Shown in pieces: positions 17,726 through 27,396 of a DNA stretch of 64,000 bases. This stretch comes from a virus. Taxonomy: Duplodnaviria > Caudoviricetes. How positions within the stretch are numbered: position 1 is the stretch's first letter; each line of letters starts with the position of its first letter. The notes beneath the pieces are model-generated. The model did no database searches and was not told where the DNA came from. It worked only from the letters and a program-made list of their open reading frames with translations. The stretch lies in IMG/VR virus record IMGVR_UViG_2657245717_000001, positions 1 to 64,000 of that record; one strand, written 5' to 3'. Made by a program: the position numbers and the translations under genes.

Positions 17726-18478
17726 ATGACCGACCAGACCCCCGTCCAGCGTCCGGCCCTCACCGGCGCCGACCTTGCCCGCGACACCCTCCGCGCCTAC
17801 GCCCGCACCGCCAAAACCCAGCCCGCCACCAAAGCCCCCTTCCGCAAGCGCGGCATCACCCGCGGCTCGGGCCGTGATCCTGTCCGCGCCGGGTCGGTCA
17901 TCGCCGCCATCACCGACCTCCCCGAATGGTCCGGAGGCGTCGCCGGCGGCATCATTGCTGACCGCTGGGCCGAGCTCTGCCCCCAGTACGCAGGCGGCCT
18001 GGTCACCCCCGTCGCCTACGACCAGGAGCGAGGGCGCCTCGACCTGCGGCCGTCCAACGCGGCCTACGCCACCCAACTGCGGCTCCTCGGCGGCGCCCTC
18101 GCCAAACAGATCAACGACAAGCTCGGCGAGCAGCGCGTCCGTGCGATCCGTGTCCTGGCCCCCAGCACCACCACAGCCACCCTCGCAGGCGACCGCCCCT
18201 CGAAGGCCGCCCCGGCGGGCCCCATGCGCACCCGCGAGGACGCCCCCGCCGGCTTCCAGGACGCGCACGACGCCATCCAGCAGATCCGCATCGAGCGAGA
18301 AGCCCTGACCGGTGACGAGCGACGCTGGTCCCGGGAACCCCAGGCCGCGTTCGACCAGCTCGTCGAGTCCGGCGCCGCCTACCACCCCGCCACCATGACC
18401 GGCCGCCGCTCCTGCGAGGAGTCCAGACAAGCCGCCATCCGCGCCAAGAAGGCCGCCCGACAGACAGACGCCGCATGA
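17726..18478 (+). CDS. DciA/DUF721-family helicase loader-like protein
   Basis: DLAR..L, GRDP, RW.EL...TPVAY...L.LRPSNAAYATQLRLL...L...IN..LG...V..IRV. Confidence 0.8.
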   Translation: MTDQTPVQRPALTGADLARDTLRAYARTAKTQPATKAPFRKRGITRGSGRDPVRAGSVIAAITDLPEWSGGVAGGIIADRWAELCPQYAGGLVTPVAYDQERGRLDLRPSNAAYATQLRLLGGALAKQINDKLGEQRVRAIRVLAPSTTTATLAGDRPSKAAPAGPMRTREDAPAGFQDAHDAIQQIRIEREALTGDERRWSREPQAAFDQLVESGAAYHPATMTGRRSCEESRQAAIRAKKAARQTDAA

Positions 18479-18479
18479 A

Positions 18480-18498
18480 GTGATTGCGGGGCAATCAC
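18480..18498. promoter_or_regulatory. parS-like palindrome 1
   Basis: GTGATTGC-GGG-GCAATCAC upstream of parB. Confidence 0.8.
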
Positions 18499-18634
18499 CT
18501 GAGGCACCTCCGGAACCGGCCCATACACAGCCACTTTGGGCGTTCAGCCCCGGGCCGCTATCCGCCCCGGAACGCCGTGACGGATAAGCTCACCCGCTGA
18601 GACCCGCCATCGGCACCACCCACCCGGAGATTCC

Positions 18635-19780
18635 ATGCCCGGAATGCCACGCAAAGACCTCAACGCGACACGCAACCAGCAGGCACAGCAACGCCTCTTC
18701 AGCCAGACAACCGAGCTTCCCGTGGCGGACCTTCTCCCCAGCCCCGAGAACGGCCGCCGCGTACTCCGCGGCGTCGACAACCTCGCCGAAGCGCTGAAGG
18801 TCGCAGGCATGGTCCAAGCGATGACCGTCGTCACCGCCGACACATACATCTCGCACTACCCCAAGCACGAACAGCATGTGCGGAACGCTGGCAAGAAGTA
18901 CGTCGTGCTCCACGGCCACCGACGCCTAGCCGCCGCACAGAAAGCCAACCTGGACAAGGTCCCCGTCTACCTCCGCAAGACGGTCACCAGCATGCGCATC
19001 GCTGCCATCCAGGAGAACGAGAACCGCCTCGGCCTCGACCCAGTGGAACAAGGCGCCGAGTACCAAGCCGCCATGGAAGAGAACGGCATCTCCCAGCGGG
19101 AGCTGGCCCGACAACTCGGCGGGACCTCGCAGACCAACATCTCTCACCGGGTCAAGCTGCTGTCCCTCATTCCGGAGCTTCAGCAGGCTGTCGTGAACCA
19201 CTGGCTGAAGCGGAACGGCCTGGAGCATGAAATGGACGGGGACTTGCTCCTCCCGGTGAAGGAAGCCGCGACCGTTCTGGCGAGCCTCCGCGACGACCTT
19301 CAGCGCGCCTACGCCGCCGGTGAGATCACCTTCGAGCAGGCCGCTGCCATCGTGAAGAGCAAGACGCCGAAGGAACACCAGGAGGTCCCCGCGGGTCAGC
19401 CGCAGGACCAGGCACCAGCGGCGATCACTCCTGCTGCCGCAACGCCCGCTTCCGCACCATCGGTGGCCGGCCAGGAGAACGCCCCACTGCCAAGCCCGCG
19501 TAACGCGCAACCCGCCGCTCCCGAGCCGACACCTTCCATCCCCGCGGCGGCAGGCACGCAGCAGACACGCGAGGCCACTCCAGCCCCGCAAACCGCCCCC
19601 TCACCTGATGCACCAGTCGAACCCGAGCCCGCTCAGCGCGAGCCCGAAGCCGCACCCCACACTCCCAGCAGCCGCGGAGCTATCCCCATCACCACAGTCG
19701 AAGCCATTTACACACGGCTCAAGAAGAGCCTCACGCCTGAGGAGTTCGAGCAGTTGCAGGAACTCATCCTCAGCGACTGA
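18635..19780 (+). CDS. parB: ParB-family partition protein
   Basis: PSPENGR, YVVLHGHRRLAAA (GxRR box), EN.NR..L.PVE, HTH SQRELARQLGGTSQTNISHRVKLL. Confidence 0.9.
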   Translation: MPGMPRKDLNATRNQQAQQRLFSQTTELPVADLLPSPENGRRVLRGVDNLAEALKVAGMVQAMTVVTADTYISHYPKHEQHVRNAGKKYVVLHGHRRLAAAQKANLDKVPVYLRKTVTSMRIAAIQENENRLGLDPVEQGAEYQAAMEENGISQRELARQLGGTSQTNISHRVKLLSLIPELQQAVVNHWLKRNGLEHEMDGDLLLPVKEAATVLASLRDDLQRAYAAGEITFEQAAAIVKSKTPKEHQEVPAGQPQDQAPAAITPAAATPASAPSVAGQENAPLPSPRNAQPAAPEPTPSIPAAAGTQQTREATPAPQTAPSPDAPVEPEPAQREPEAAPHTPSSRGAIPITTVEAIYTRLKKSLTPEEFEQLQELILSD

Positions 19781-19923
19781 TCGCACTCCACCCCACCTGA
19801 AGCCGTCCCGCTCGCACGTGGCGGCTAGCGCACGTCCGGCTGTAAGCGGTAGCGTGCCTACCACTACCCCATTGCCATCCGTGCCCGCCGCGCTGTCCCT
19901 CCGCGCAGGCCCAGAGCGCGAAA

Positions 19924-19942
19924 GTGATTGCGGGGCAATCAC
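19924..19942. promoter_or_regulatory. parS-like palindrome 2
   Basis: Identical to copy 1. Confidence 0.8.
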
Positions 19943-20036
19943 CCTCCTCCCAGCGCTCGGTCCACGCCGGCTGCCAGAGACCAGCGGTCCACGGAACAGA
20001 CCCAGCTCGCCGCGCGGCTCACGCCCAATCCCATGA

Positions 20037-20055
20037 GTGATTGCGCGGCAATCAC
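20037..20055. promoter_or_regulatory. parS-like palindrome 3
   Basis: GTGATTGC-GCG-GCAATCAC, 12 bp before the parA start. Confidence 0.8.
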
Positions 20056-20067
20056 TGTGGAGACGTC

Positions 20068-20916
20068 ATGACCCCTCAGGCCACCACTTCCGCCCGAGTC
20101 ATCTCGATGACCAACCAGGTCGGAGGCTCCGGCAAATCGACCTCAGCCGTGAACCTCGGGGCGCAACTCGCCGAGTTCGGCCTCACCACCCTCATCGTCG
20201 ATGCTGACGATCAGTGCGACGCCTCCGTGGCCCTCGGCTACGAATACCCCGATCAGCTTGACGACCAGAAGACCATCTACCACTGCCTCACGACGCAGGG
20301 CACCAAGCTCACAGAGGCGATCGTCCCCGCCCTCTGCGGCCCCCACGAGGACGAGTCCAGCCGCGCCATCGAAAACCTCTACCTCGTCCTCGGCTCCGGC
20401 GAGATGGAGAACGCCGAGCAGTACCTCACCACGCAGACAGGCCGGGAACTGTGGCTCAAGAACCTCCTGGAGCCCGTCAAGAACGACTATGACGTCATCA
20501 TCGTCGACTGCCCCGGCTCGCTCGGAATCGTCGTCATCGGGGCGATCCTCGCCAGCGACGACGTGATCGCCTGCATCAAGCCGGGCTACAAGGAGCTTCG
20601 CGGCCTCACCCGCATCGAGCAGAAGATCGAGCTGGTGAAGGACACGTTCGGGGCGAACGGCGCACACGCTGACCTGACGGGCGTCCTCCTGGTCGACGTG
20701 CCGACACACCGGTCACAGGGCGCGGTGTGGGACGACGGGAAGAAGATGGCACAGGAGGCGTACGGAGACCTCGTGCTGCCGCCGGTCCGCCGGTCCACGA
20801 AGATCCCCGAGTCGTACGCCCACCAGAAGCCGCTGATCTACTTCGACAGGGCCGGTGAAGCCACCGCTGACTACCTCGCTGTCGCCAAGGCGCTGGGCTT
20901 CAAGCGTCAGCAGTGA
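20068..20916 (+). CDS. parA: ParA/Soj-family ATPase
   Basis: NQVGGSGKST deviant Walker A, VDADDQ, YDVIIVDCPGSLG. Confidence 0.92.
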   Translation: MTPQATTSARVISMTNQVGGSGKSTSAVNLGAQLAEFGLTTLIVDADDQCDASVALGYEYPDQLDDQKTIYHCLTTQGTKLTEAIVPALCGPHEDESSRAIENLYLVLGSGEMENAEQYLTTQTGRELWLKNLLEPVKNDYDVIIVDCPGSLGIVVIGAILASDDVIACIKPGYKELRGLTRIEQKIELVKDTFGANGAHADLTGVLLVDVPTHRSQGAVWDDGKKMAQEAYGDLVLPPVRRSTKIPESYAHQKPLIYFDRAGEATADYLAVAKALGFKRQQ

Positions 20917-20931
20917 TTGCGGGGCAATCAG
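20913..20931. promoter_or_regulatory. parS-like palindrome 4, overlapping the parA stop
   Basis: GTGATTGC-GGG-GCAATCAG. Confidence 0.75.
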
Positions 20932-21369
20932 TGTCGATCGAGCCTGCGTGCAGCAGGAGGTTAGACTCGGTGTCCCCGGGTCGCCGCAAGGCGTTCTCGG
21001 CGGGTCTCAGACGCCCCCACACGCTGGTGTGGGGGCGTCCCCGTTTCATGCGGCGCCGCCTCTATCTCGTGACCGGCCGCACGGCTACAATCACCGTCAT
21101 CTGACGGGCGTGCCCGTGAGGTCTCAGGCCCCCGGCCCGAAGGCGTGTTGTCGGCAAAACTCCATGCCCCGGACCGGGGGCCTACCCGTACCCAAAACCA
21201 GCACACGTCGGCCACCCGTAGTGTCCATTTGGTCACTGTCCGCCGAAATGTGAGCCTGCCCTTACCCACCACCCCACGGTGCTGGCACAGTGACGTACGC
21301 GCACGTGATCTGGCAGCACAGCGCAAGCAGCCCCCACCCTTCCCACTGCCAGAGGAGCGGAGACGCACC

Positions 21370-21738
21370 ATGCCCGGACACCCGGCTGGTCACCCGCACG
21401 CCCACGGCGGCGCCGACGTCATTCCCATGCGACGCGACCGCCGACGCCACCCCGCCGCCGTCCCCCACGGCAACGCCGCCCCACAGCTTGAGGAGCCCGC
21501 CCCCGCCGGCGCCCCCACCCCCGCCGAGGAGCAGCTCCTCCGCGTTGTCGAAGGCGTCTTCGTCGAGCGGGGCCTGACCCTCGCCGACCCGCAGACCGCC
21601 GCCGCGTTCCACGCGGCCCTCGACCTGGCCGTCCTCGCCGTCGATGCGGCACGCGCCAAGGGCACTGTCGACCATGCCGGGCAGGCCACGATCAACGACA
21701 CGATCACCAACATGCGGAACGTCCCCGGATGGCTGTGA
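21370..21738 (+). CDS. Hypothetical protein
   Basis: GGAG RBS; GC3-rich frame. Confidence 0.5.
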   Translation: MPGHPAGHPHAHGGADVIPMRRDRRRHPAAVPHGNAAPQLEEPAPAGAPTPAEEQLLRVVEGVFVERGLTLADPQTAAAFHAALDLAVLAVDAARAKGTVDHAGQATINDTITNMRNVPGWL

Positions 21739-21972
21739 ATATGCCGAACTGTCATGCCTCCACGTTGTGACTGATCGGCAACGCTCCCGCACCCAGCGTG
21801 AATTCACGTGTTGGTTCGCATTCAACAACCCGTCTAACCGTGCCATCATGAGTCGTCCGGAACCACCCGGAACACTCTCTCCGGCCCCCCGGCGCACACC
21901 CGTCCCATGCCCACGCACGGACCCGTCCTGCGCCACCCCTCAACGGGGGCCGCCGATGGATCGGGGACCATC

Positions 21973-22518
21973 ATGGGGCAGCACGAGGACACCATCACCA
22001 CCGCAGCAGCACGCCTGCGGCAGCTCGGCACCGACATGACAGCCCTCCGCGGCCCCGCCGGCGACACCACCCGAACCCCCACCCGCGTCCACGCGCCCGC
22101 CCCCCTCGACCTCGGCATCCTCGACCACATGGTCGCCGCCCGGGACGAGGTCATCGGCCACACCCGCGCCCACCAGCCCAACGCGACGCCCGCCCCCACG
22201 GATGAGGGCATCTACGCGTGGATGGACGCCAACACCGCGCACCTCGACGACGCCAAGCGCCGCGCCGGCCGGGCCCTCGTCGTACGCCAGTCGATGGAGC
22301 ACGCGCTCCTCGCCGGCGACGAGACCGTCGTCCGCCGCGAACCGTGCCCGCGGTGCAACTGCTGGGGCCTGTCCTGGCAGCCCGGCCCGCGGCACGCGGT
22401 GTGCCTCAACCGCAGGTGCTCGACGCTCGGCGGCGGCCCCAGCACGTGGACTCTCGCCCAGCTCGCCCACCACCACACCACACGCCTCGAAACGATCAAC
22501 GCACAGAGCGCAACCTGA
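21973..22518 (+). CDS. Zn-ribbon phage protein (possible transcription regulator)
   Basis: CPRCNC....W...AVCLNRRC motif. Confidence 0.6.
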   Translation: MGQHEDTITTAAARLRQLGTDMTALRGPAGDTTRTPTRVHAPAPLDLGILDHMVAARDEVIGHTRAHQPNATPAPTDEGIYAWMDANTAHLDDAKRRAGRALVVRQSMEHALLAGDETVVRREPCPRCNCWGLSWQPGPRHAVCLNRRCSTLGGGPSTWTLAQLAHHHTTRLETINAQSAT

Positions 22519-22648
22519 CATCTCGCATGACGGTCTAACCAGCACACCCACCCGTAACACCCAACACCCCAGCCCCCTTCACCCCGGGCTGGAACCCGAT
22601 TCGGCGGTCGGAGCTGCGGACGACGGCCCTCGATGAGGGAGGCCCCTC

Positions 22649-22867
22649 GTGGCCGCGTACCAACTCGCCCCTGTCGTCGACCTCGTCACCATCAAGGAGG
22701 CCATCGCCCTGCTCGCCGAGACGGGGCACGGCATATCGGAGAGCACCCTCAAGCGGGCCCTGCGCAGCCGGAATGTGCGCGGTGAGCGGATTGGCAGGGT
22801 GGTGCTCCACTCGTACACGGATGTGCTGGAGGCGCACCGGGACCTGATCGCGGCCCGTACGCGCTGA
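22649..22867 (+). CDS. Small HTH DNA-binding protein (Xis/MerR-like)
   Basis: LVTIKEAIALL...ISESTLKR; GGAGG RBS. Confidence 0.7.
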   Translation: MAAYQLAPVVDLVTIKEAIALLAETGHGISESTLKRALRSRNVRGERIGRVVLHSYTDVLEAHRDLIAARTR

Positions 22868-22921
22868 CTGGCTGGCCCCACTTCTGCTTCGGCAGGGGTG
22901 GGGCTTTCTCATGTCCAAACC

Positions 22922-22952
22922 CATACTCTATTGCGTAGCGCAATGGAGTATG
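22922..22952 (+). promoter_or_regulatory. 31-bp palindromic operator-promoter, copy 2 (one mismatch)
   Basis: CATACTCTATTGCG-TAG-CGCAATGGAGTATG after a terminator hairpin; heads the 23017-28867 operon. Confidence 0.85.
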
Positions 22953-23016
22953 GGAGAGTGGTCGTGCCGACAACACCAGCCCCCAACAAGGCTGATGGAA
23001 CCCAAGGAGCCACGAC

Positions 23017-23364
23017 ATGGCCCTCATGACGCACACCCACACCCTCCCCACCACACGCGACTACCGCGACCTCACCCCCACCCAGCAGGACGCCTTCGAC
23101 TGGCAGATCACCCTCGCCGACAACGCCGGCCCCAACGACTACTTCAACGCCATGGCAACCGCCGCCCGCATCGCCGGCATCCACGCCACCCCCAGCATCG
23201 ACCTCGCCATCTGCGACTGCCTCTGGCACGGCTGCGGCTGCGGCCTCATCTTCGACTCCACCATCGAAGGCGTCGCCGTCATCGACGGATGCTCCCCCGG
23301 CCACAACCTCTCCCGGCTGGTGTGCCCCACCTGCGCCCACGACGCCTGCCACCCGGCGCTCTAA
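23017..23364 (+). CDS. Cys-rich hypothetical protein
   Basis: AAGGAG RBS; CDC..GCGC..CPTC. Confidence 0.65.
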   Translation: MALMTHTHTLPTTRDYRDLTPTQQDAFDWQITLADNAGPNDYFNAMATAARIAGIHATPSIDLAICDCLWHGCGCGLIFDSTIEGVAVIDGCSPGHNLSRLVCPTCAHDACHPAL

Positions 23365-23396
23365 CCCGCACCCACACCACCCAGGAGACCACTGCC

Positions 23397-23819
23397 ATGC
23401 GCACCTACAGCCCCTCCACCATCCACGCCGCGAAGGTCACCGCCGACTACCTCGCCGAATACGGCGTCCACACCGGCCCCAACTTCGCCGACCCTCACAC
23501 CGGGGCCCTCGACCCCTGCGCCGCCGCCTACCGCGCCATCACCGGACGCACCCCCGGCTGGTTCACCGCCGACGACGGAGCAGCCTCCATCGCCGTCCTC
23601 ACCCTCAACGAGGACGCCATGGACGTCATCCGGCTCATCTCCGACCACCTCGACACCGAACCGCCCGTCGATCCCGAGACGCAGACGGTGCCGGACTACA
23701 TCGAGCACATCGCGTTCTGGGTCGACAACACCCCGCCGAGCGAGGTCATCGGTCGCATCCTCCGCGCCGCCCACGCCGCCGAGCACGCCACCGCCCCCAC
23801 CATTCGCCTCGCGGCCTGA
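23397..23819 (+). CDS. Hypothetical phage protein (DUF6197-like)
   Basis: AGGAG RBS; ADYL..YG..TG.F.D...G.LDPCAA pattern. Confidence 0.6.
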   Translation: MRTYSPSTIHAAKVTADYLAEYGVHTGPNFADPHTGALDPCAAAYRAITGRTPGWFTADDGAASIAVLTLNEDAMDVIRLISDHLDTEPPVDPETQTVPDYIEHIAFWVDNTPPSEVIGRILRAAHAAEHATAPTIRLAA

Positions 23820-23832
23820 ACCGGAGCCTTCA

Positions 23833-24138
23833 ATGCTGACCACCACCACCTACGCCGACTGGCTCGTCAACCACCTCCAGGACGCCGCCGACGCTGAGCG
23901 GAACGCGCCGCGCCCCGGCTTCACGGACGCCTACGGCCTCTGCCTCACCTGCGGAGGACACGGCTCGCTCATGGTCGGCGAACAGGAGATCCCCTACGAG
24001 GAACTCAGCCCCCGCCGCAAGCAGGGCCACAACCTCGGCCACCGCTTCTACCGGCCCACGCACATGAACTGCCCCGACTGCGACGGCCGAGACCGCGTCA
24101 CCGACGCCGCCGTGTCCGCCCACGAAGCCTCCCTCTGA
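23833..24138 (+). CDS. Zn-finger hypothetical protein
   Basis: CLTCGG.G and CPDCDG motifs. Confidence 0.6.
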   Translation: MLTTTTYADWLVNHLQDAADAERNAPRPGFTDAYGLCLTCGGHGSLMVGEQEIPYEELSPRRKQGHNLGHRFYRPTHMNCPDCDGRDRVTDAAVSAHEASL

Positions 24139-24156
24139 CTCAGGAGCCCCCACGCC

Positions 24157-24420
24157 ATGAGCATCCAGACCCTCGCCCCGCACCACACCAGCGAGCCCAC
24201 CCCCGGCGGCTACCTCGACGGGGAACTCGCCGCCCACACCGGCCTCAGCGCACGCCGCGCCCACGCCCGCGCCGCCATGGCCCACACCTACGACCCGCAG
24301 TGGGCCAGCGCCTTCCTGGCCGGCTACCAGGCCGCCACCTACCAGGCTCGCGCCGCCACCGAGACCGACCCCGCCCGCCGCGCCGCCTGGCGCATGCTCA
24401 CCAACCTGGAGGACCAGTGA
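24157..24420 (+). CDS. Hypothetical protein
   Basis: AGGAG RBS; coupled to the next gene. Confidence 0.6.
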   Translation: MSIQTLAPHHTSEPTPGGYLDGELAAHTGLSARRAHARAAMAHTYDPQWASAFLAGYQAATYQARAATETDPARRAAWRMLTNLEDQ

Positions 24421-25193
24421 GCGACAACAAGAGCATCGCGGAGCGCTTCGCCCGCGACACCGCCAACCACCAGATGACCGTCAAGCGTGAGGATGGCCTG
24501 TACCGGCACCTCCGGTTCGAGAACCCCAAGCACGGATCGTTCGGCGCGTTCGAGCTGATCACCTGGCCGTACAACCTCGTCGCCAAGACCGGCTGGACGT
24601 TCCACTTCGACATCGACGCGACCGAGGACATCTTCGAGGTCTTCCGGCGCACCTCCTTCCCCGGCGAGATCAACCCCAGCTACTGGCAGGAGAAGGTCCG
24701 CGCGGGCCGGGACGAGATCGAGGGCTACTCCGACGAGCTGTTGAAGCAGGAAATCGAAAATGCCGTCCAGCAGTGGGTCGTGGAGTCTCCTGCCCCGGAG
24801 GCATTCGAGCGGAAGCTGCGCGACGCCGTCAACGAACACTTCTTCGGCGACGCGGCCGAGTACAACATCGAGTACGAGTCCGAGGCGCACCGGGCGCTCA
24901 GCGAGTTCACCTTTGGCAAGCACTACAAAGCGACGTGCCTGTGCGGCGTCGGTCGCCGTCGGGAGAACTATTCGGACGCCTGGCTGTGGCGGACCCGGCA
25001 CCTGAAGCAGGCGGCGAACATCCACCCGGAGGGCGTCGACCCGGTGACCATCGACCGAGTCGAGGGCTACCAGTTCTCCGACTGGCACGAGTGGCGGCTG
25101 AAGGACTACACCCCCGGCTACCTCCGCACCTGCCACGCCATCCGTCGCGGCGTCGACCTGTACGACACCGCCCGGGAGCGGGTGGCCGCGTGA
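24417..25193 (+). CDS. Conserved phage hypothetical protein
   Basis: H.MTV.REDGLYRHLRF...ELITWP...INPSYWQEKV...CHAI..G...YD. Confidence 0.75.
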   Translation: MSDNKSIAERFARDTANHQMTVKREDGLYRHLRFENPKHGSFGAFELITWPYNLVAKTGWTFHFDIDATEDIFEVFRRTSFPGEINPSYWQEKVRAGRDEIEGYSDELLKQEIENAVQQWVVESPAPEAFERKLRDAVNEHFFGDAAEYNIEYESEAHRALSEFTFGKHYKATCLCGVGRRRENYSDAWLWRTRHLKQAANIHPEGVDPVTIDRVEGYQFSDWHEWRLKDYTPGYLRTCHAIRRGVDLYDTARERVAA

Positions 25194-25310
25194 GCGCCTA
25201 CCTCGCGGCGTTCCTCCACCACTGACCCACCCCGCCCCGAGACGCCTGGTGGGGCGGCGGACCACTCCCGCCCCACCAGCGCACCAACCCCGAAACAGGA
25301 GACCCGCGCC

Positions 25311-25640
25311 ATGAGCCAGCAGCCCATCGAAGCCCGCTGCGACCACTGCGCCCAGACCCGCCCCCTGTTCCTCTACGAAGCCGACCACGATTTCCACCTC
25401 ACCGGCATCACCTGCGAATGGTGCGCCCGGGACAAGCAGCCTCTCCTCTGCGCGCGGTGCTGGAGCACAGAGAAGCAGCGCGAGGAGGCCGCCCCCGGCG
25501 ATCCGCAGGACAACGCCATGGCCGCCTTCTTGGTGCGCGCCTGCGAGAACAACGCCCGCATCCTCGCCCGCGAGGAAGCCGACAAGGCCACCTGCGAAGG
25601 CATCGCTACCGCCACCGAACGGACCGAGAAGAACGCCTGA
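25311..25640 (+). CDS. Cys-rich hypothetical protein flanked by 20-bp direct repeats
   Basis: AGGAG RBS; three CxxC motifs. Confidence 0.65.
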   Translation: MSQQPIEARCDHCAQTRPLFLYEADHDFHLTGITCEWCARDKQPLLCARCWSTEKQREEAAPGDPQDNAMAAFLVRACENNARILAREEADKATCEGIATATERTEKNA

Positions 25641-25697
25641 TAGCCCGCCACCCAGGAGCCAAACCGCTCCACCAGCGCACCAACCCCGGAGACCCAC

Positions 25698-25922
25698 ATG
25701 ACCGGACCCGAGCACTACCGCAAGGCAGAAGCACTCCTCGACACCGCCGCCAAGAACTTCCTGCTCGGCAAGGACGCTTCATCGGCCCTCGCCGCCGCCC
25801 AAGCGCACGCCACCCTGGCGCTCGCCGCCGCAACCGCACTACCGCCAGGCGGACCCGACACCGCATCGCGCGGCACATGGGTCTCCGCCGTACACGGCCT
25901 GGACCACGGTCCCCATGTGTGA
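25698..25922 (+). CDS. Hypothetical phage protein
   Basis: MTGPEHYRKAE...AQAHATLALAAA pattern. Confidence 0.65.
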   Translation: MTGPEHYRKAEALLDTAAKNFLLGKDASSALAAAQAHATLALAAATALPPGGPDTASRGTWVSAVHGLDHGPHV

Positions 25923-26382
25923 GCACGCCGCCGCGCTCCGCGCCGCCGAACAAGACCTCGCCACACACCGCCAACGCCACGCCACCCTCACCACCTGGCT
26001 CCACAACCCCACCCACGACCTCACCGCCCGCACCGCACTCGCCCAACTCCTCGACCTCCCAGCCCCCGCCGACACCCCCACGAGCCGCTTCCAGCCCACC
26101 ACCCACAACCTCAAGGCCGACGAGTACGACGGCATCCCCGTCATCGAACTCGACGGCGACCAAGTCATCGCCATCACCGACGACATCAACCAAGCCCTCC
26201 ACGCCATCACCCACTACGGCAACGACCACGACTGGGCCCACATCAAAATCACCGCCGACCGCCTGCGCTCCGAATGGGTCGCCTTCGAATGGCAGCCCGA
26301 AGACGCCGAATGCGAGTGGCTCACCCTCGACGCCCACCCCGGCGACGACAAGGCCGTCCACACCTACCGACTGCCCTACTAA
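25915..26382 (+). CDS. Hypothetical protein
   Basis: Overlap-coupled; GC3-rich frame. Confidence 0.6.
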   Translation: MCEHAAALRAAEQDLATHRQRHATLTTWLHNPTHDLTARTALAQLLDLPAPADTPTSRFQPTTHNLKADEYDGIPVIELDGDQVIAITDDINQALHAITHYGNDHDWAHIKITADRLRSEWVAFEWQPEDAECEWLTLDAHPGDDKAVHTYRLPY

Positions 26383-26404
26383 CCCGACGCACCCAGAGGA
26401 CTTC

Positions 26405-26926
26405 ATGAACCAGTCCACCTACCTCGGCATCACACCCACCACCCAGGCCTCCACCCCGGCTCTCACCATCACTGTCCACGGCCGGCCAGCTCCTCAGGGC
26501 TCGAAACGCTACGCCGGGCACCGCCGCAACGCCGCCTCCGGGCGCGTCTCCGCCGTCCTGGTCGAACAGTCCAAGCGCGTCAAACCCTGGCGAGCCCAAG
26601 TCACCACCGCCACCCAGCACGCCATGCGCGACGCCCACCAAACCGCGCCCCTCGACGGGCCCCTCGCCGCCGACATCACCTTCACCGTCCTCAAGCCCAC
26701 CAGCGCCCCCAAACGCCGCCGAACCTGGCCCACCACCCGCCACAGCGGAGACCTCGACAAGCTCCTCCGCTCAACCTTCGACGGCATCGCAGACGCCGGA
26801 GCTGTTGTCGACGACGCCCGCATCATCCGCGTCGCCGCCACCAAGACCTACCCCGGCGAGCACCCCCTGGCCCTCGACCAGCCCGGCGCCCTCATCCGCC
26901 TGTACACCCTCGGAGACCCCTCATGA
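26405..26926 (+). CDS. rusA: RusA-family Holliday junction resolvase
   Basis: GRPAPQGSK, KPWR, GDLDKLLRSTFDGI......DDARI. Confidence 0.9.
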   Translation: MNQSTYLGITPTTQASTPALTITVHGRPAPQGSKRYAGHRRNAASGRVSAVLVEQSKRVKPWRAQVTTATQHAMRDAHQTAPLDGPLAADITFTVLKPTSAPKRRRTWPTTRHSGDLDKLLRSTFDGIADAGAVVDDARIIRVAATKTYPGEHPLALDQPGALIRLYTLGDPS

Positions 26927-27396
26927 CCAGCCCCAACAACCAGCCCGAATCCGGCCGTACCATAATTCGTGCCAGTAATCACTGGCAGGATCGTGCCGCG
27001 TGCAAGACCCCCGACGCCGAAGCGATCTTCTTCCCCGTGTCGCCCAACGATGCAACGATCTCGGCGGCCAAAGAGATCTGCTACGGCTGCCCCGTCATCG
27101 AGAACTGCAAGCGCTTCGCCCTGGAGAACCGCGAGACGCATGGGGTGTGGGGCGGCATGTCGGAGAAGGAGCTCCAGGCGGCGCGTCGGGCCCCGCAGAA
27201 GCCGCGCGCAGTACGGATCGTCGAGAAGCAGCGTGCCGAGTGGGAAGCGGCCGTCGCGGAGCACGGTGACGACGACAAGGCCATCGCGCGAGCGTTGCGC
27301 GCTGACGTGCGAACCGTCGAGCAGGTCCGGCAGCTCGTGGGCGGCGCGTCCGCGGGAAGCGGATGGCGGCAGGATCAGATGGGAGCAGCGGCATGA
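26923..27396 (+). CDS. WhiB-family regulator
   Basis: WQDRAAC...FFP...AKEICYGCPV..C...AL...HGVWGG.SE.E. Confidence 0.92.
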   Translation: MTSPNNQPESGRTIIRASNHWQDRAACKTPDAEAIFFPVSPNDATISAAKEICYGCPVIENCKRFALENRETHGVWGGMSEKELQAARRAPQKPRAVRIVEKQRAEWEAAVAEHGDDDKAIARALRADVRTVEQVRQLVGGASAGSGWRQDQMGAAA

